A DNA stretch of 61,947 bases, counting the filler. It is 5 parts of 5 records of this genome, joined end to end, with 100 filler letters (N's around TTAATTAATTAA, not from the genome) between each part and the next. Parts side by side here need not be neighbours in the genome. Positions count along the whole stretch, not along the records: positions 30,443 to 56,666 come from SRR2962707_1768; 4 more parts are not named here. One strand, 5' to 3'. Below are positions 36,060-51,000 of this stretch, one piece after another; the first letter of the stretch is position 1, and the number at the start of each line of letters is the position of its first letter. The position numbers and the translations under genes are program-made. The notes under the pieces were generated by a model, which saw only the letters and a list, made by a program, of their open reading frames with translations, made no database searches and was not told where the DNA came from.

Positions 36060-39000
36060 ATGAAAAGCTATTGGAAGACTGTACTTTTTTCATTTTTCTT
36101 TATTTCATCCATTCTGGCCACTGCGCAGGAAATTTGTAACAATGGTGTTGACGATGACGGGGATGGCCTCATTGACTGTTATGATGGAGATTGCTCTCCT
36201 ACAGATCCTGATGCAACAGGTGTTAACAGGACTTCATGTGAAGGTTTCTTTTTTGGAAACACGGTTCTATGTGCAGATGAAATTGACGTAACTACTTTTG
36301 CTATACGTCAGCAATGGGGATCAGAAGATGGTAGTGCAAATAGTCATGCCACCCCGATGGTTGGGGATTTGGATGGAAATGGAATCCCAGAAGTGGTTGC
36401 TACCAACAAACAAGCTAGATCAGTCTTTATATTAAATGGCGCGACAGGAGCGACTATTGCCAGCACCACCTTTGGCTTTGACCCTGAAAATGCTCCAGTG
36501 CTTGGAGATATTGATAATGATGAGTTTGGAGAAATACTAGTTTCACAGGATCAGGGGGATGATATGATTATGTTCAATCATGATCTTTCTATTAAGTGGT
36601 CTGGCAAAGCATCCCGCAATGACGCAATAGGCCTTCCCGGATTTGCAGATTTTGATGAAAATGGTACTGTCGAAATTTACTACCGAAACGAGGTAGTAGA
36701 TGCAGCCACAGGTAATATCATTGTTGCTGGAACAAACTCAGATTGGGAAAGAAATTTCACTCATGGTTCTTTAGCTGTTGATATTTTCCCTGCCTCCGCA
36801 TGTGCGGATTGTGCCGGATTGGAATTGGTTTCAGGAAATGAAATTTGGTCTATCAACGAAGCTGCTGGAACAAGAACGCTTGTAGCTGACATGGATGATG
36901 ATATCCACGATGATATAGCGAGCAATTTAAATTATTATCCAAAATATTATTCAAGCTGGGATGACCAGTGGTCCTCTGTTTCGGCTGCAGATTACAACCT
37001 CGATGGAAATATTGACCTGATCATTACAGGTGCTTTGGGAAAAAGCAATGAAACATATAATGGTGAAACAACTATTTTCTTCTGGGATGTAACAAATGGC
37101 AATGTGATTACTTACCACGACCCAACGAATGATTTCGTTAGAGGCCCGGGACGTGTGAATATCGGTGATGTGGATGGTGATGGCCAACTCAATGCCAATT
37201 TCGTAATGAATCAAAAGCTTTATTCCCTTGATGAGAACTTCAATGTTCATTGGATACACCCAATCAAGGAGGGATCATCAGGTTTTACAGGATGTTCGCT
37301 TTTCGATTTCGATGGAGATGGAGCTGTCGAAGTGGTTTACCGGAGTGAGGAATCGTTGCTTATAGTGGACGGTGTTGGTAATGGAGATAATACTACTAGT
37401 GAACGACGTGAGATACCCTGTATTTCCAGAACACAGGAAGAGTATCCGGTTATTGCAGATGTCGATGGAGATGGAGCAAGTGAGATATGTATCACATGCT
37501 ACTTTAATAACAACACACCCTTTAACCCATATGGTAATTCTGAATTTTCTCATGTACGTGTATTCGAATCTGATGGGGAAGCCTGGATGCCGGCACGAGG
37601 CGTTTGGAATCAGCATGGATACTATAATGTAAACATCAATGATGACTTAACAATACCTGAAGAAGTTCAGGATCATTCAATTGTATTTTCCCCTGCCGGA
37701 ACTTGTGAATACGCAGGTGGTGGCACTATTCCTTATGCTAACAGGCCACTTAACACTTTCATCAATCAAGCACCTATACTTAACGAGGATGGATGCGTTG
37801 AATTTGCATCACCGGATATAGATTTCATTGGAATTGTGTCCGCCACAGATGCCGCATGTCCTGAAGCAGAAATAACTGTCGAGTTTGAAATTACTAACAC
37901 CGGAGATATAGGTATTTCAGGCAATCTCCCGGTATCATATTACGCCGGAGATCCTACTGCGGAACCTTCCAATTCAATCTTGCTAGATACGGAAGTAACA
38001 TTCTTAACCAACTTTGAAGTGGGGGAAACAGTTACGATTACCCAAACTATCGCTGGTATTGGAGGAGATTTTGAATTATTTGTGGTTATTAACGATGCGG
38101 GTGGGACACCCCCACTTGATGTTCCTTTACCAACCGCTTCTATTCCAGAATGTGAAACAGGTAATAACATTCAAAGCACACTCGTCGGGTTTCAGACTTT
38201 TGATCTGACAGTAGAGAAAATTAATGATAATAGAAAGTGTGATCCGGCAAAACCTGATAATGCCAGTGCTAGAGCTTACTATTTTGGTCCAGCACCTGGT
38301 GCTAATGAAAACATTTGGGTTGAGAACTTTCAGGATCGATCAAATGGGGCTAAATCTGATACCGATGAAACTGCCTGGACATCTGACGGTGGCACTCAAA
38401 GCCCAAGTTTCTATGGGGTTGCCTCTTACAATGGATCCAACATGTTTAGGGCTTCAGGAACTGGTACATCCAATGATGTTGGAGTAGTTACCTGGACTTC
38501 ACAGGAAATTGATATTTCAAATTATACTGATGTGGGGGTCACAGTGGATATTTTTGAAAATGGTGATCAGGAAAGTTCCGGTCAGTGGAAAGACTGGGTG
38601 AGGGTTAGTTATGAGCTCAGAGATGGTAGCAGTAACGTTATTGAATCCAACGAATTAGGAAATGGATATCAGGATGGAGATTTCACCTATGCTCAGGCAA
38701 TTGTTGGTAATTTAAGCCCGGATGGATCAGCAGCTTCTCTTGTCATTATTGCAGAAATTCATAACACAAGCTCCTCTGAGCATCATTACATTGACAACAT
38801 TATCGTAGATGGAACCGGGCCATCCGTCACTGCTGAATACACTGAACCTGATGGATTCGTTTTCAATTGGTACAATGACGATGACTACAGTTCACCGGTA
38901 TATGTAGGTAGTCAATATCCGCAAATGGCAGAAGGAACCTACGATGTAATAGGGTATTACGGAGCAACTGAGTGTTATTCCGACACAGTAGAAATCACCA

Positions 39001-42000
39001 TTGATTTAGTGACTCCAACCATTTACGCATGGGCCTATGAAGTAAGTTCGGAAACTAACTGTGAATCACCTGATGGTGCTGTCGCAGGATTTGTGTACAC
39101 GCAAACCACAAATGGAACTTTCCCGGCAAATCCAGGATCCGGTAACTTCCCGTTAGATTCACTCTATCAGGAAGATGGATATACTTTTGAATGGTTTAGA
39201 ACAACAGACGCAACAAATACTATAATAGGTACCGGCGATACATTGACCAACTTACAGGCAGTAACTGGGGGATTTACTGTGAATGTCACTCAAAATCTTA
39301 CGGGATGTCAAACCACTGCGATTGGAACAGTAAATAGTAGTCTTATAAAACCTGATGCTGACAATATAGATGTTAATGTGACCAACATTCAAGCATGTGA
39401 TGGCAGTCAGCCAGGAATCATGTCAGCCAGTATTGGTGGTACAACCGCAGGCTATACCTTTTACTGGTATGATGGAATCGGTGTACGCCCAACTCCTGAT
39501 CACACAGGTGCCACTTATTCTGTCAATGAACCGGGAAATTATACGGTAGTCGCAGAAGACAATGCCTCTGGCTGTATATCCGATAACTTTAAAACTGTGG
39601 TAATGGGTGACGACTCCAACGCCCCTATCCTGACTGCACGAGAAGATCAACCTAACTCGACTTGCGGTTTGAATCCAACTGGAATTGCAGTCGCTGCAGT
39701 TAATGGCGCAGAAGGAAATCCGGGATTTGACTACACCTGGTTTGTAGGCGTAAATACAATCCCTGAAAATGAAATTCCATCAGGTTCCTTCCCTAGTGCC
39801 TCTTTTGGTGCCGGAGAATGGGAAATGACTGGTTTAAGAGAAGGAACATATACCATCATCGTAGAAGAAACATCAACAGGATGTTCTGATACTACGTCAG
39901 TATACATCGCTGATAATTTCGTTGAACCTGAATTTGTCCTTAACAATCAGATTGATACCGATGATGCAATTAATTTGCAGGGTCAGGGGTATGTGGAATT
40001 ACCACAATTGTTTGGACCTGGAAACCCGGTCACAAACGAACTTACTATCTCATATTGGGCTGATTTCACTTCTGCTAATTATTCAAACGACCACCGAACA
40101 TTCTCATCAGGATCTACTGGCGAGAATCAGGTATTACTATGGTCGGATAACCATGATGGGTTAGCCTTTGTCGTTAGAACCTCATCAGGTGGTAGGGGAC
40201 GAATAAACAGCGCCTATTCAGCTACCGGCTGGACACAAGTAACAGGTACATGGAATGGTACAACCGGCGAAATGAAGATGTATGCAAATGGTGTTCTCAT
40301 TGGAGAGACAAATCATGTTGGAAGTGGTGTATTGAAGAATGCAGGTCCAAACATGTTCCTTGGTCGTGACAACAATCCAGGTTATGGTAAGTTTCAAGGA
40401 ACTGTAGAAGAACTCAGAATATTCAACGTTGCTTTAGATGAGTCTACCATTAATCAATACTTATGTACTGAATTGGTTGGAAACGAACCTGGACTTGTTG
40501 CCTATTATAATTTCAACAATGTAGCGGGTCCCGCAGTAGCTGATGGAGCCAATGTACCAGATGAAACAGGAAATGGTCATGATGGAACAGCGAGAACTTC
40601 TACCGGATCAGTCTCAACACTTACTGCGGATATTGAATGTCCTGTGGCAGATGCAGTAGCTAACACTTCGTGCGGAGCACCCAATGGAAGCGTGGATTTA
40701 AGCAGTTACATCACCCCAGGTGGTGCCAACTACACGTATAGACTATTTGATGGGTTTTCGACTGATACAGAGCTAGCGAATAACAATACAGGACTTTTCG
40801 AAGGCCTTGCTGGTGGATTCTACACCCTAACAGCAGAGGATAATGATACCGATTGTATTACACCTCCGGTTACTGTTTCTATTCCTGACATCCCTGATCA
40901 TCCAAACATTTTCACTACAGTGACAGATGATCCAAATTGTGGCTCTACTGGCAATGGATCTATAGCAGTCACAAGCTCTTCCAATAGCGAAGAACCTGTC
41001 AACGGATATCGATACGAACTGTTTGATGGATTTAATACAGACCCATTGAACTTTATCACAGATGATGTACAGCCGGGAACCGGAACAACATTCTCAGGAC
41101 TTGAGGATGGTAACTACAGAATCCGAGTAACGAACGAAGATTTGACTTGTAACAGCTTTGTCGATGTGGTTGTTGGTGATGACTCAGAAACCCCTGTGTT
41201 TGCTGCATCGAGAACGGTTAATGATAATACCGGCTGTGTCGATCCGAATGGCTTCATCTCTGTAAGTATAGACGGAGACCCGGATGTCAATAACTATATA
41301 TTCACCTGGTATGCAGGTGATGATCCAAGTATTGACCCAATTGAGGCCGGTCCTCAAGTAGGACTAAACTCAATAGGTGGGACTCCACCAAATGGACTAG
41401 CTGCTGGAGATTATACAGTAGTGGCCGAACATGTAGATACTGGCTGTGAAACCGTAGAATTAACTTTGACGGTTAATGACCTACCGTACAATCCTACACC
41501 GGTTGCCCAACAAGTAGCACCTCAAACAGATTGCGGGACTGGAAATGGTGAGCTGACTGCTTATATTGACGGGTCTGCTGACCCAACACTATCATGTATA
41601 AACTGTACTGAAAGTGATGGGTTTACCTTTGAGTGGTATCTGGATGCCGATTTACTTAATGATGGGAATCCTGCAGCTAATGGATCTGTTCCGACATTCC
41701 CTATTGCTGGTGAATTTTCTACTATTGAAGGTCTTGTAGCAGATGAATACACCGTGATTATCACTCATACAGAGACTCAATGCTCAGCAACCGAGTCAAT
41801 CACACTTGCTGCTGCCCAAATCAATCCGATAATTGCTTTTGACAGTAAGTCACCTAACACGATATGTAATGATGCCAGCACGCCATATACCGGATCTATA
41901 ACAGTGACTTCCACATTCGATGGAGCAAACTTTACTAATGATCCACTTGCTGATTATGATTGGTATACAGGTTCTGGTGTCAACCCTTTGAACGAAATAG

Positions 42001-45000
42001 CTGGACAAGACGGCCCTACCCTTTCCAATGTACAGGAAGGTTTCTACACGGTAGTTGTCAGAAATACCGAAACAGGATGTTCCTCTACCTCCATCATTGA
42101 GGAGGTAGTTGAGGCTCATGATGAACCTACGGTTTCTTTTATAAATAACACACCAAACTCAGTATGTGATCCTGTATTAGGCACTGGAAATTATAATGGG
42201 TCTGTAGAAGTAGATACAGATCCAGGCGTGATTGGTGGATCAGGAGATTTTGATTTCCAATGGTTTACAGGAGCTGGAACTACTCCGGGTCAGGAAATTG
42301 GAGGTGCAACCCTTGCTACACTATCAAATGTGCAGCATGGAATGTATTCTGTTGAGATAACAGACAACATTACAGGATGTATCATTTCAGATGATATACA
42401 AATCAGTGATGCAAGAACCAACCCTACATTGGTACTGGGAGATATAAACGTGTCCGATGTATCCGTTTGTACCGGTGCAGTGAACTTCCCTAATGGATCA
42501 GTCACTGTAACTACTGTAGATGGCTTTACCTCTGCTGATCCGGAATTTGCTGACTATTCATTCCAATGGTTTACCGGTGCAGGAACAGGTTCTCCTATTG
42601 GTGGTGAAACATCGAATGTATTGAACAACCGTGGTACAGGTGAGTATACAGTTCGAGCAGTCAATGATTTAACAGGGTGTCTATCCCCTACCCGAACAGT
42701 AGAAATTGAGGAGTCATTGATTGACATTAATGCAGCAGAAACGATTCAGCACTATACTAATTGTGTGAGTCCAAATGGTTCTATTCAGGTGACAGCTTCT
42801 ATGGCTTCAGGGCCAGCGCCTTCCGGATTTACATTCGATTGGTTCTTCGGTAGCGGTACCAGCGAACCACTTGATGCATCTGATTTGACAGATGGTTCTA
42901 ATTTCGCCATCACTCCGACAGGAACAGATCAGTCTACTGCCTCAGGTTTGGAAGATGGAACCTACACAGTCAGAATAACAAATGACGATACACAGTGTAC
43001 CGAGGTATTTGAGTACGATGTAGAGGAAAACCAGATTATCCCATCGCTGGATGAGGTGATTATAGCCGCTGGCGTGACAGACAACACTGTTTGCGACCCT
43101 GCAGAGGCGGATGGATTAGGAAATGATTACAATGGAATTATTGATGTTGCTGGTTCGGTTACGCCAACCATTGGTGGTGGTACATCTTACACTTTTAGAC
43201 TGTTTGATGATACAGATACTGAAATCGATGCAATTAATTCGCCTACAACTACCTTCGTGAATGTCGCTCCCGGTGATTATACTATTACTGCTGAGATTAC
43301 GAACCCTGCAAATGGTGGAGTAGGTTGTCAGAGCACTGCCGCAGCGGTGACAGTCGGTAACAACTTAACATTACCTGATTTTGACCTTACAGGTAATCCG
43401 GATGTCCTTTGTAGTTCTGACAATGGCTCAATTGATATTGATTTTTCAGGAGGCGTGCCAGCAGATGGTTTTGAGATTGAGATTTTCACGAATGCTGGGG
43501 CAACAATTAGTCAGGAATTAATTGGAGCTGCCATTACGACATTCCCTCAGAGCTCCACAGCTAACCTAACAACCGGCACATACCATGTGAGGTTTATTAA
43601 TAACACCACGGGTTGTTCTGCTATTGAATCTGTATTTGTGAATGAAGTAGAGGACACTCCAACCATGGATCCATTGGACGTGGTGAAATCTGATGACACT
43701 TTCTGTAATGCGGATAATGGCTCAATTGCCATAACAGTAGATGACTCGAATACTCCTAACAACATCGGAAACAATCCAATTTTCAGACTATATCAGGGTA
43801 ATTCTTCCAGTGGCACTTTACTGGACACTCAACAACCTGGACCTGGAACCACAAGCCACACCTTCTCCGGACTTGCCCAGGGAACATATACAGTGACGGT
43901 AGAAAGAGTAGAGTCTGGTTGTATTTCTAACGAGGTAACCAGAACAGTAAATGAAGTTTTAGTCACCTTTTCCCCTTCTATTACAGAAGTAAATCAACAG
44001 ACCTCATGTGATCTAAATGATCCAAATGGAGAGATGTCAGCTGATGCAGATGGTGGTGGCACGGTAGCCGGATACAATTTTCAGTGGTTTAGAGGGACAT
44101 CTACAAACCCAGCGCAAGAAGTAACTGCACAATTTGCTACCGCTGTAGTTTTCGGAACAAACAATAGCCAGGTAAGAGGTTTACCTGCAGGCACATACAC
44201 GGTTCGAGTAACGGATCTCACTTCAGGCTGTTTCTACACTGAGCAGGCAACACTGCAAAACATGCAGGTAGACCCGGCCTTTGTCGGAGGCATAGGTGTT
44301 AATGACAGTGATCAATGTAGCCCAGGCAATGGTAGTCTCACAGTTACAGTAGATGATGCAGGAAGTCCCGACCCAAACAATGGGGCGACTGGTTACACAT
44401 TCGAATTATTTGAAGGCACAAGCTTAATTGGTAGTCCACTTCAATCCGTAACACGACCAAATTCCGGACTGCCAAACGATGAAGATACGTTTGCGTTTAC
44501 CGGGCTCTCAGAAGGTGATTATACGATCCGTGTGACAGATAACAGTACTTCTTGTTTAGTCGTGTCAGGAACAGAAACTATAAACTATGTCGGGCCTAAC
44601 CCTACTATCACACCTGAGGATATGGACAATGATCCATTAACACTAACCTGCTTCGATAATGATGGAACCTTAGATATCGATGATGCTATCTCCAACGTTC
44701 CTGGTACATATACAGATGACATAACTATCACGTGGTTTATAGGAACTGATACCAGCGATGTGTCCAACTTAATCTCTGCACAAGTACCAGGTGCTACTTT
44801 TGCCAATACCACCATGTTAAATAATGGAGGGTCTACAATTAATGTTATAAACGGACTGGTTGATAATCTACCAGCAGTGAGTTACACTGGAGTGATAGAA
44901 TTTACTAACGGATGCAAATTCCTGATAAATACCAGTTTATCAATTCTTGAGCAGCCAGACGTTCTAACATCTGTTTCAACAAATAACACTAGATGTGACG

Positions 45001-48000
45001 CTCCATATGATGGTGAAATCACTATTGACATTGATCCTGATGACGGAATATCGGCTGTCCAATATGAGTATTTCGTGTACGAAGGTGATGTAGCAATAGC
45101 ACCCAACACAGATCCTGATGGACCTTTTACGCCTCCTTTGGATGATCCGGCATACGGAGCTCCGGTTGCAAGTGGTTTATTCCCTGATAATGGAACAGCT
45201 GCAGGAGCCGCGAATGCATCAAGTGTAACAATTCCAAACTTGAATTCTGGTAATTATACCATAGGTATTAGAATTGATGATGCAGATGGATGTATTACAA
45301 ACATTCTTTCAGAAACCATCAATGATCCTGAAGAACCGTCAGTTGTCCTGAACACAAAATCTGACAATACAGTATGTGATGTATCCGGCGGATTATTCTA
45401 TAATGGATCAATTACTGTAGATGCCTCTCACCCAAGCCTGGCTGATGCAGCTGATTTCACATGGTATGAAGACTTAGACGATAATGGTACGTATGTGGCA
45501 TTGCTTGCCGGAAATGGATCCGGAGCAGGCTTCAATGTGGCCAACGAAACAGAAAACGGTGTTACAACGAATACAGTAACCGGATTAGGTGCTGGTAAAT
45601 ATCGTGTGATTATTGAAAACAATGCCTCGGCTTGTGAAGACACATTAGATGTAGAGATTTTTGATGATCCCCTTCCTCTCGACTTTGATGATGGTGTGGC
45701 AACACAAACAGATCAATTGGATTGTTCTGGTGGCACCAATGAGTTTGGAGTTTTCAATTTTCCTACTGTGGTCGAAGACGGTATAGCATTAGGTGCCGCA
45801 AGTGCCGATGGTAACTTTGATATCACGTGGGAGTATGATTCTGATCAGGACGGTACATTTGAAGTAACTCCTTTCACACCAAACAATGATCAAAATGACG
45901 CAGACGACCTTGCTCCTGGTGACTATAGGATCACCATTGAAAGCCTGACAAGCGGTTGTACAACGGAATATGATTTCACTATAGAAGATGTAAGTGAAGA
46001 TCCGGTAATTACTTTGGTAGGAAGCATCAATGACAACACGATATGTGACGGTGGACCAACCAATCCAAATGGATCCATTACAGTTCAGATTGAAAACCAA
46101 TCCGGTGTTGTTCAGAATCCTGTCAATTACAGCATCCAGTGGTACAAGGGAAGTGTATCAGGTACAACAAGAGTTCCTCAGGATTTAGAGGTGACTGCTA
46201 CGACCCCTACTACTGCTACTACTGCATCTCTGGTTGGAGTTGATGATGGGAATTACATTGTAGTTATAACTGATATAGTTCCAAATAGTGAAAGTTGTGA
46301 AACGGAGAGTACATTCTTCGTTGTTGAGGATGATTTATCAGAAATAGAAATTCAACAACTGGAGGGTGTCGATTACACCATTGGACACCAGACGTTCTGT
46401 AATCCGGACGAAAACGGAATTATCACCATAACAAATGTATATGTGGATGGAGCTCCTCTGGATGCAGCGACTGGCAACTTCCAGTTTACCTGGTATGATG
46501 ATGATTTGGGAACACCAATTTCAGTGGGGACCATTGCTGGAGCTAATGATCAAATTGCTCAGGATCTTCCTGCTGGAACATACTACACAGAGGTGTTGAA
46601 TGAAGATGACGATTGTGTGTCAGAACTCGTTTCGTTCACTATTGACGATGATAGAGTCATCCCTAACCTACAAACGGAGCAATTAGCGAGAGATTCTGTT
46701 TGTACAACCACTGCTGGAAGCGGAAGTGTTCTTGCTTCCGTAATTCTTCCAGGTGGAGCTACAGATGCAGCCGGAGAATATACATTCGAATGGTTTGAAG
46801 GTGCAGGAAATGCAGGTGATGCCAACTTCTCCTTAAACGGAGGCGGTGGATCCGTGACTGCCACTGGTTTCATCATTGGAGGTGCAAATGGCGAACAAGT
46901 AGATAATCTACCAGCTGGAGTGTACGAAGTAGTTGTATCGAATAACGCTGGAGGAAGTGATGGAGATGCATGCTCTGCAACAAGTCAGGTCACTGTTAAC
47001 CAGTTTACTCCTGTAATAAGCATTGCTACAGCCGACATCACTATAATGGATAATGAAAACTGCTCACCATCTCCGAATGGCTCTGCAGAAGTAACTCGAG
47101 TAAGGGTAACTTCAGTGAATGGTGGCACCTACTTCATCAGACCAACTGATCCGGAGTGGGCGAACCTGACATGGGAATGGTATGATAATCCTACCGGAGG
47201 AGCCCCTATTGACAATGATGAACTTTTATCAAATGTTGGATTAGGAGATGGAACCTATTATGTGACGATCAGCAACTGGTCAGACAATGGATGTGGAATG
47301 ACCAATAGAAAAGAAGTGATCGTTGATGATGACATCTCCCCTATTACAATCACACTTACTGAAGATGCACCGGATAATTTCTGTGCACCGGTAACTGCCG
47401 GTAACGGACAGATCACTGCATCCCTGGATATCAATGGAGTTGCAGAAAATGGCGCACATTATACAGTGGAGTGGTTTGAAGGATCAGGTTTTGGAAGCGC
47501 CATAGGTGCTACAGTGTCTGGGTTCAGCCTAAGTAATAATGATCTCACCTTAACCGATATTCCTGATGGAACATACACGATCAGAGTGACCAAAGATAAT
47601 ACTGGTGCAGGTGCGACAGCTCCTAGTTTGGAGTGTGTGGCCTCAGCTGAAATCACGCTTACATCTGATGAAGAAGAGATAACGCTTGAGCACGATGTGG
47701 ATTACACAAGAACACCAAATACGGTATGTGATGACGCAGTTGTGGGTAACTTCAATGGAGGTATCACGATTACTGATGTAACCGAGGGAGGTGCAAAAGT
47801 TGGTGGAACTGCAGGGTATAGTTTCACATGGACTAGTGAAGGTGGAGCGGCGCTTCCTGCCGGAGCTACAGGGGGAAACACGCCTGTTTTAGGTCAGGTT
47901 CCTGCAGGAATTTATGAAGTAACTATTGAAAATGATGCGAGAGATTGTTTCTCTGAAATCATTCAAATCGAGGTAGAGGATGATTTTACATATCCTACCC

Positions 48001-51000
48001 TAGCCTTAAATGTTACTTCAACTAATACCCATTGTGATGGGGCACCAACCCTTACAGGTGCCATTGAAGCTACTGCTGCAGGTGGTAGCGGAACCTATAC
48101 GTTTGCATGGCATGATGGACAAAACCCTTCAGGAGGAACTACGACGGCAATTATTGGTGGTGTAAATCCTGTATCAACAGCTTCGAATCTTGATGGAGGA
48201 TTCTTCACGGTGGTTGCAACTGATGTCAACACCGGGTGTACTGTTACAGAGACTGCCTTCGTGGATGAATCACTAGATATTCCAACATTAGATATTGCCA
48301 CGATCAGGGCTGCAGTATTACCAGATACCTTGTGCGATACACATCCCGATGTTCATAGTGGACGCATCACGATCAACGATGGCGATATCAACGATAGCGG
48401 TACAGGTGATCTGACTGATTACAACATCAGCATTACCGATGGTGGTGGTGCCGATGTAGCCGGATCTCCTTTCAATGCTACAGCATTAACAACCATTGAG
48501 GTGACGAACCTTCCTGCTGATACATATAGCATTGATGCATTGAATAATACTACAGGTTGTTCAGTAGCTACAGGTACGGTGGTAATCCAAAATCAGGAGC
48601 GACAACCACTTGTAACACTTGAAAGCATCACACCAAACAGAAATTGTGTAGGGGGTACATTGGCTGTTGGTGGTTTAACAGTGTTGGTAGATGGGGTTTA
48701 TGACCATAACAATCAAGGATTCTTAACATTCCTTTGGGAAGATGTTGCCTCAGGGAACGATGTGAATGCAGAATTTGGAGTTACTGAGGATGAGGCTGTT
48801 CTTAGTGGCGTTCCTGCTGGTGATTATAGAGTGATTGTTACAAACAACAACACCTCCTGCTCATCAACTAGAGTTTATACTGTGCCGGACATTCCTGTGT
48901 CTCCTATCATTACCAGCTCTGAGGTGAACAACAATACCGTATGCGCCCCTCCTGCTGTAGCAAATGGATCATTCGTATTGGTTGAAGCTAGCTATGATGG
49001 TCAATTGTATGACAATGATGGGGCTAGCAACCCAATTGACGGAGTGTTTGAATTAGAGGTATTCACCAGGGCTGGTGATGTACAACAAGGGGGCACCATT
49101 ACCAATGTACCTTATGAGGTAACTGGACTGGTTCCAGATGATTATTATGCGGTTATCAGACACGTTGGAAGCCAGTGTACTTCAGCAGAGGTGGATTTTG
49201 AAATTGAGGATAATCCATTCTTCCCTGAAATAACTTTGACAATTGATGCAGCGGATTCTACCTGTGCTGCAGACCCGGGAGTTATCGTTCCTGGCGGAAC
49301 ACTAACAGCGCTGGCAGACGGTGAGGACCATACCAATGGGGACTACTCATTCCAGTGGTATGAAGGACCAACATCAACAATTGGCCCTGGAACACAGCTT
49401 GATGGAAGTCCTCTGGCGAATGGATCTGTGCCGGTAGGATTTGATGAATCTACAGTTTCCGGATTGGCGACTGGAGTATACAGTGTTGAGGTAATGCAAA
49501 CATCCACTGGATGTACAAGTGTAGCTCAAATCAACGTGCCTAATGTCCCTGTTGAGGTTGAAATCATCTCGGTAGATGTGACAGATGTGACAAGTTGTAG
49601 TCCGTTTGATGGTATCATTGATGTTACTGGTGTTGAGCGAAGCAACCAACCAGATAATCTAGCCGATTACAGTTTCGATTTCTATGATGAAAATCCGAAC
49701 AATGTGGGAGCAACACCTGTATTCAATGTTCCTACAGATGGGGCAGTATTTAATGCTGCGAGTGCCGGAACCTATTATATCATAGGAACCAATACTGTAG
49801 TGAACTGCACCACTCCTATCTTCCAGGTAGAGGTAGATGAAGATATTACATTGCCAGAGCTAACAAATGTGGTATCCATGCCACAAACCAACTGTGACCC
49901 TGGTAACCCTGACGGAAGTATGTCGATATTTATCGATGATCCATTGACGCCTGCTACAGATGAACTGGCGCCTGCTATGCCTGACTACACAGTGACTTGG
50001 TATATAGGGACAGATACGACTGCAGCTAACCAACTTCAGAATGGAGTTGATCCGGGTAACGGTTCAATACCAGCTGGGGTCAGTACCTCCATTGTCTCAG
50101 GACTTACTGGCGATGAATTCTACACCTTCATGGTTATTGATAATGCAACAGGATGTGCTTTGATCGATACAGAGTTCTTGCCTTTCCAAGAGCGGAATTT
50201 TGATGTCACTCTCGATATAGATCCTGTTACTATTTGTTCTTTTGATAACGGATCAATTACTGCACGCGTAGGCGGTGGATTTAGTGACTATGATTTCTAT
50301 TGGTATAATGGATTTGTTTCAAGCCCTGACTCAACAGCTTATGACTACCCATTATCAAATGGCAACAGACTTGATTCTATTGGTTTAGGGAATGGAAATG
50401 GGGGAAATTACACGGTCTTGGTTGTTGAAAAAGGCGACCGTTATTGTTCGGTTGTTGAGTTCGCCACAATAAATGAGCGACTACCGGAAATTGAATATGA
50501 GCTCGAAACAAGTCCTGTTACAGTGTGTTTTGACGACAAAAATGGTTTTGCAAGAGTCACACTACCTGATGACGCTGGAAGCATTTCACATGTATGGTAC
50601 GATCCTGATGGTGACTCATTAACCAATTCAAATGCGATAAGTGGGTTAGAGGCTGGTCAGTATAGACTCTTATTAACTAACAGTGAGAATGGATGTTTCG
50701 AGGAAGTGTTCTTTGACATATTTGATGAATCCGTTTTACCAAATGCACCGACAGTCATTGTAAACAATGGACGAAATAATTGCTCCTTTTCAAATGGTAG
50801 CGCTATTGCCAATGTCGATGGATTGACAAGTAATTTCTTGTTCGAATGGTTTGACCCAAGCAATATGAATACACCATATGCAACAGGTGCAGAGGTATTC
50901 AACTTAGATTCAATAACATACTTGGTTAGGGCAACAAACCTTGCAACTGGATGTGAATCGCCAATGACCTCTGTTGAGGTTGGATACGAAGTTGTAGATC

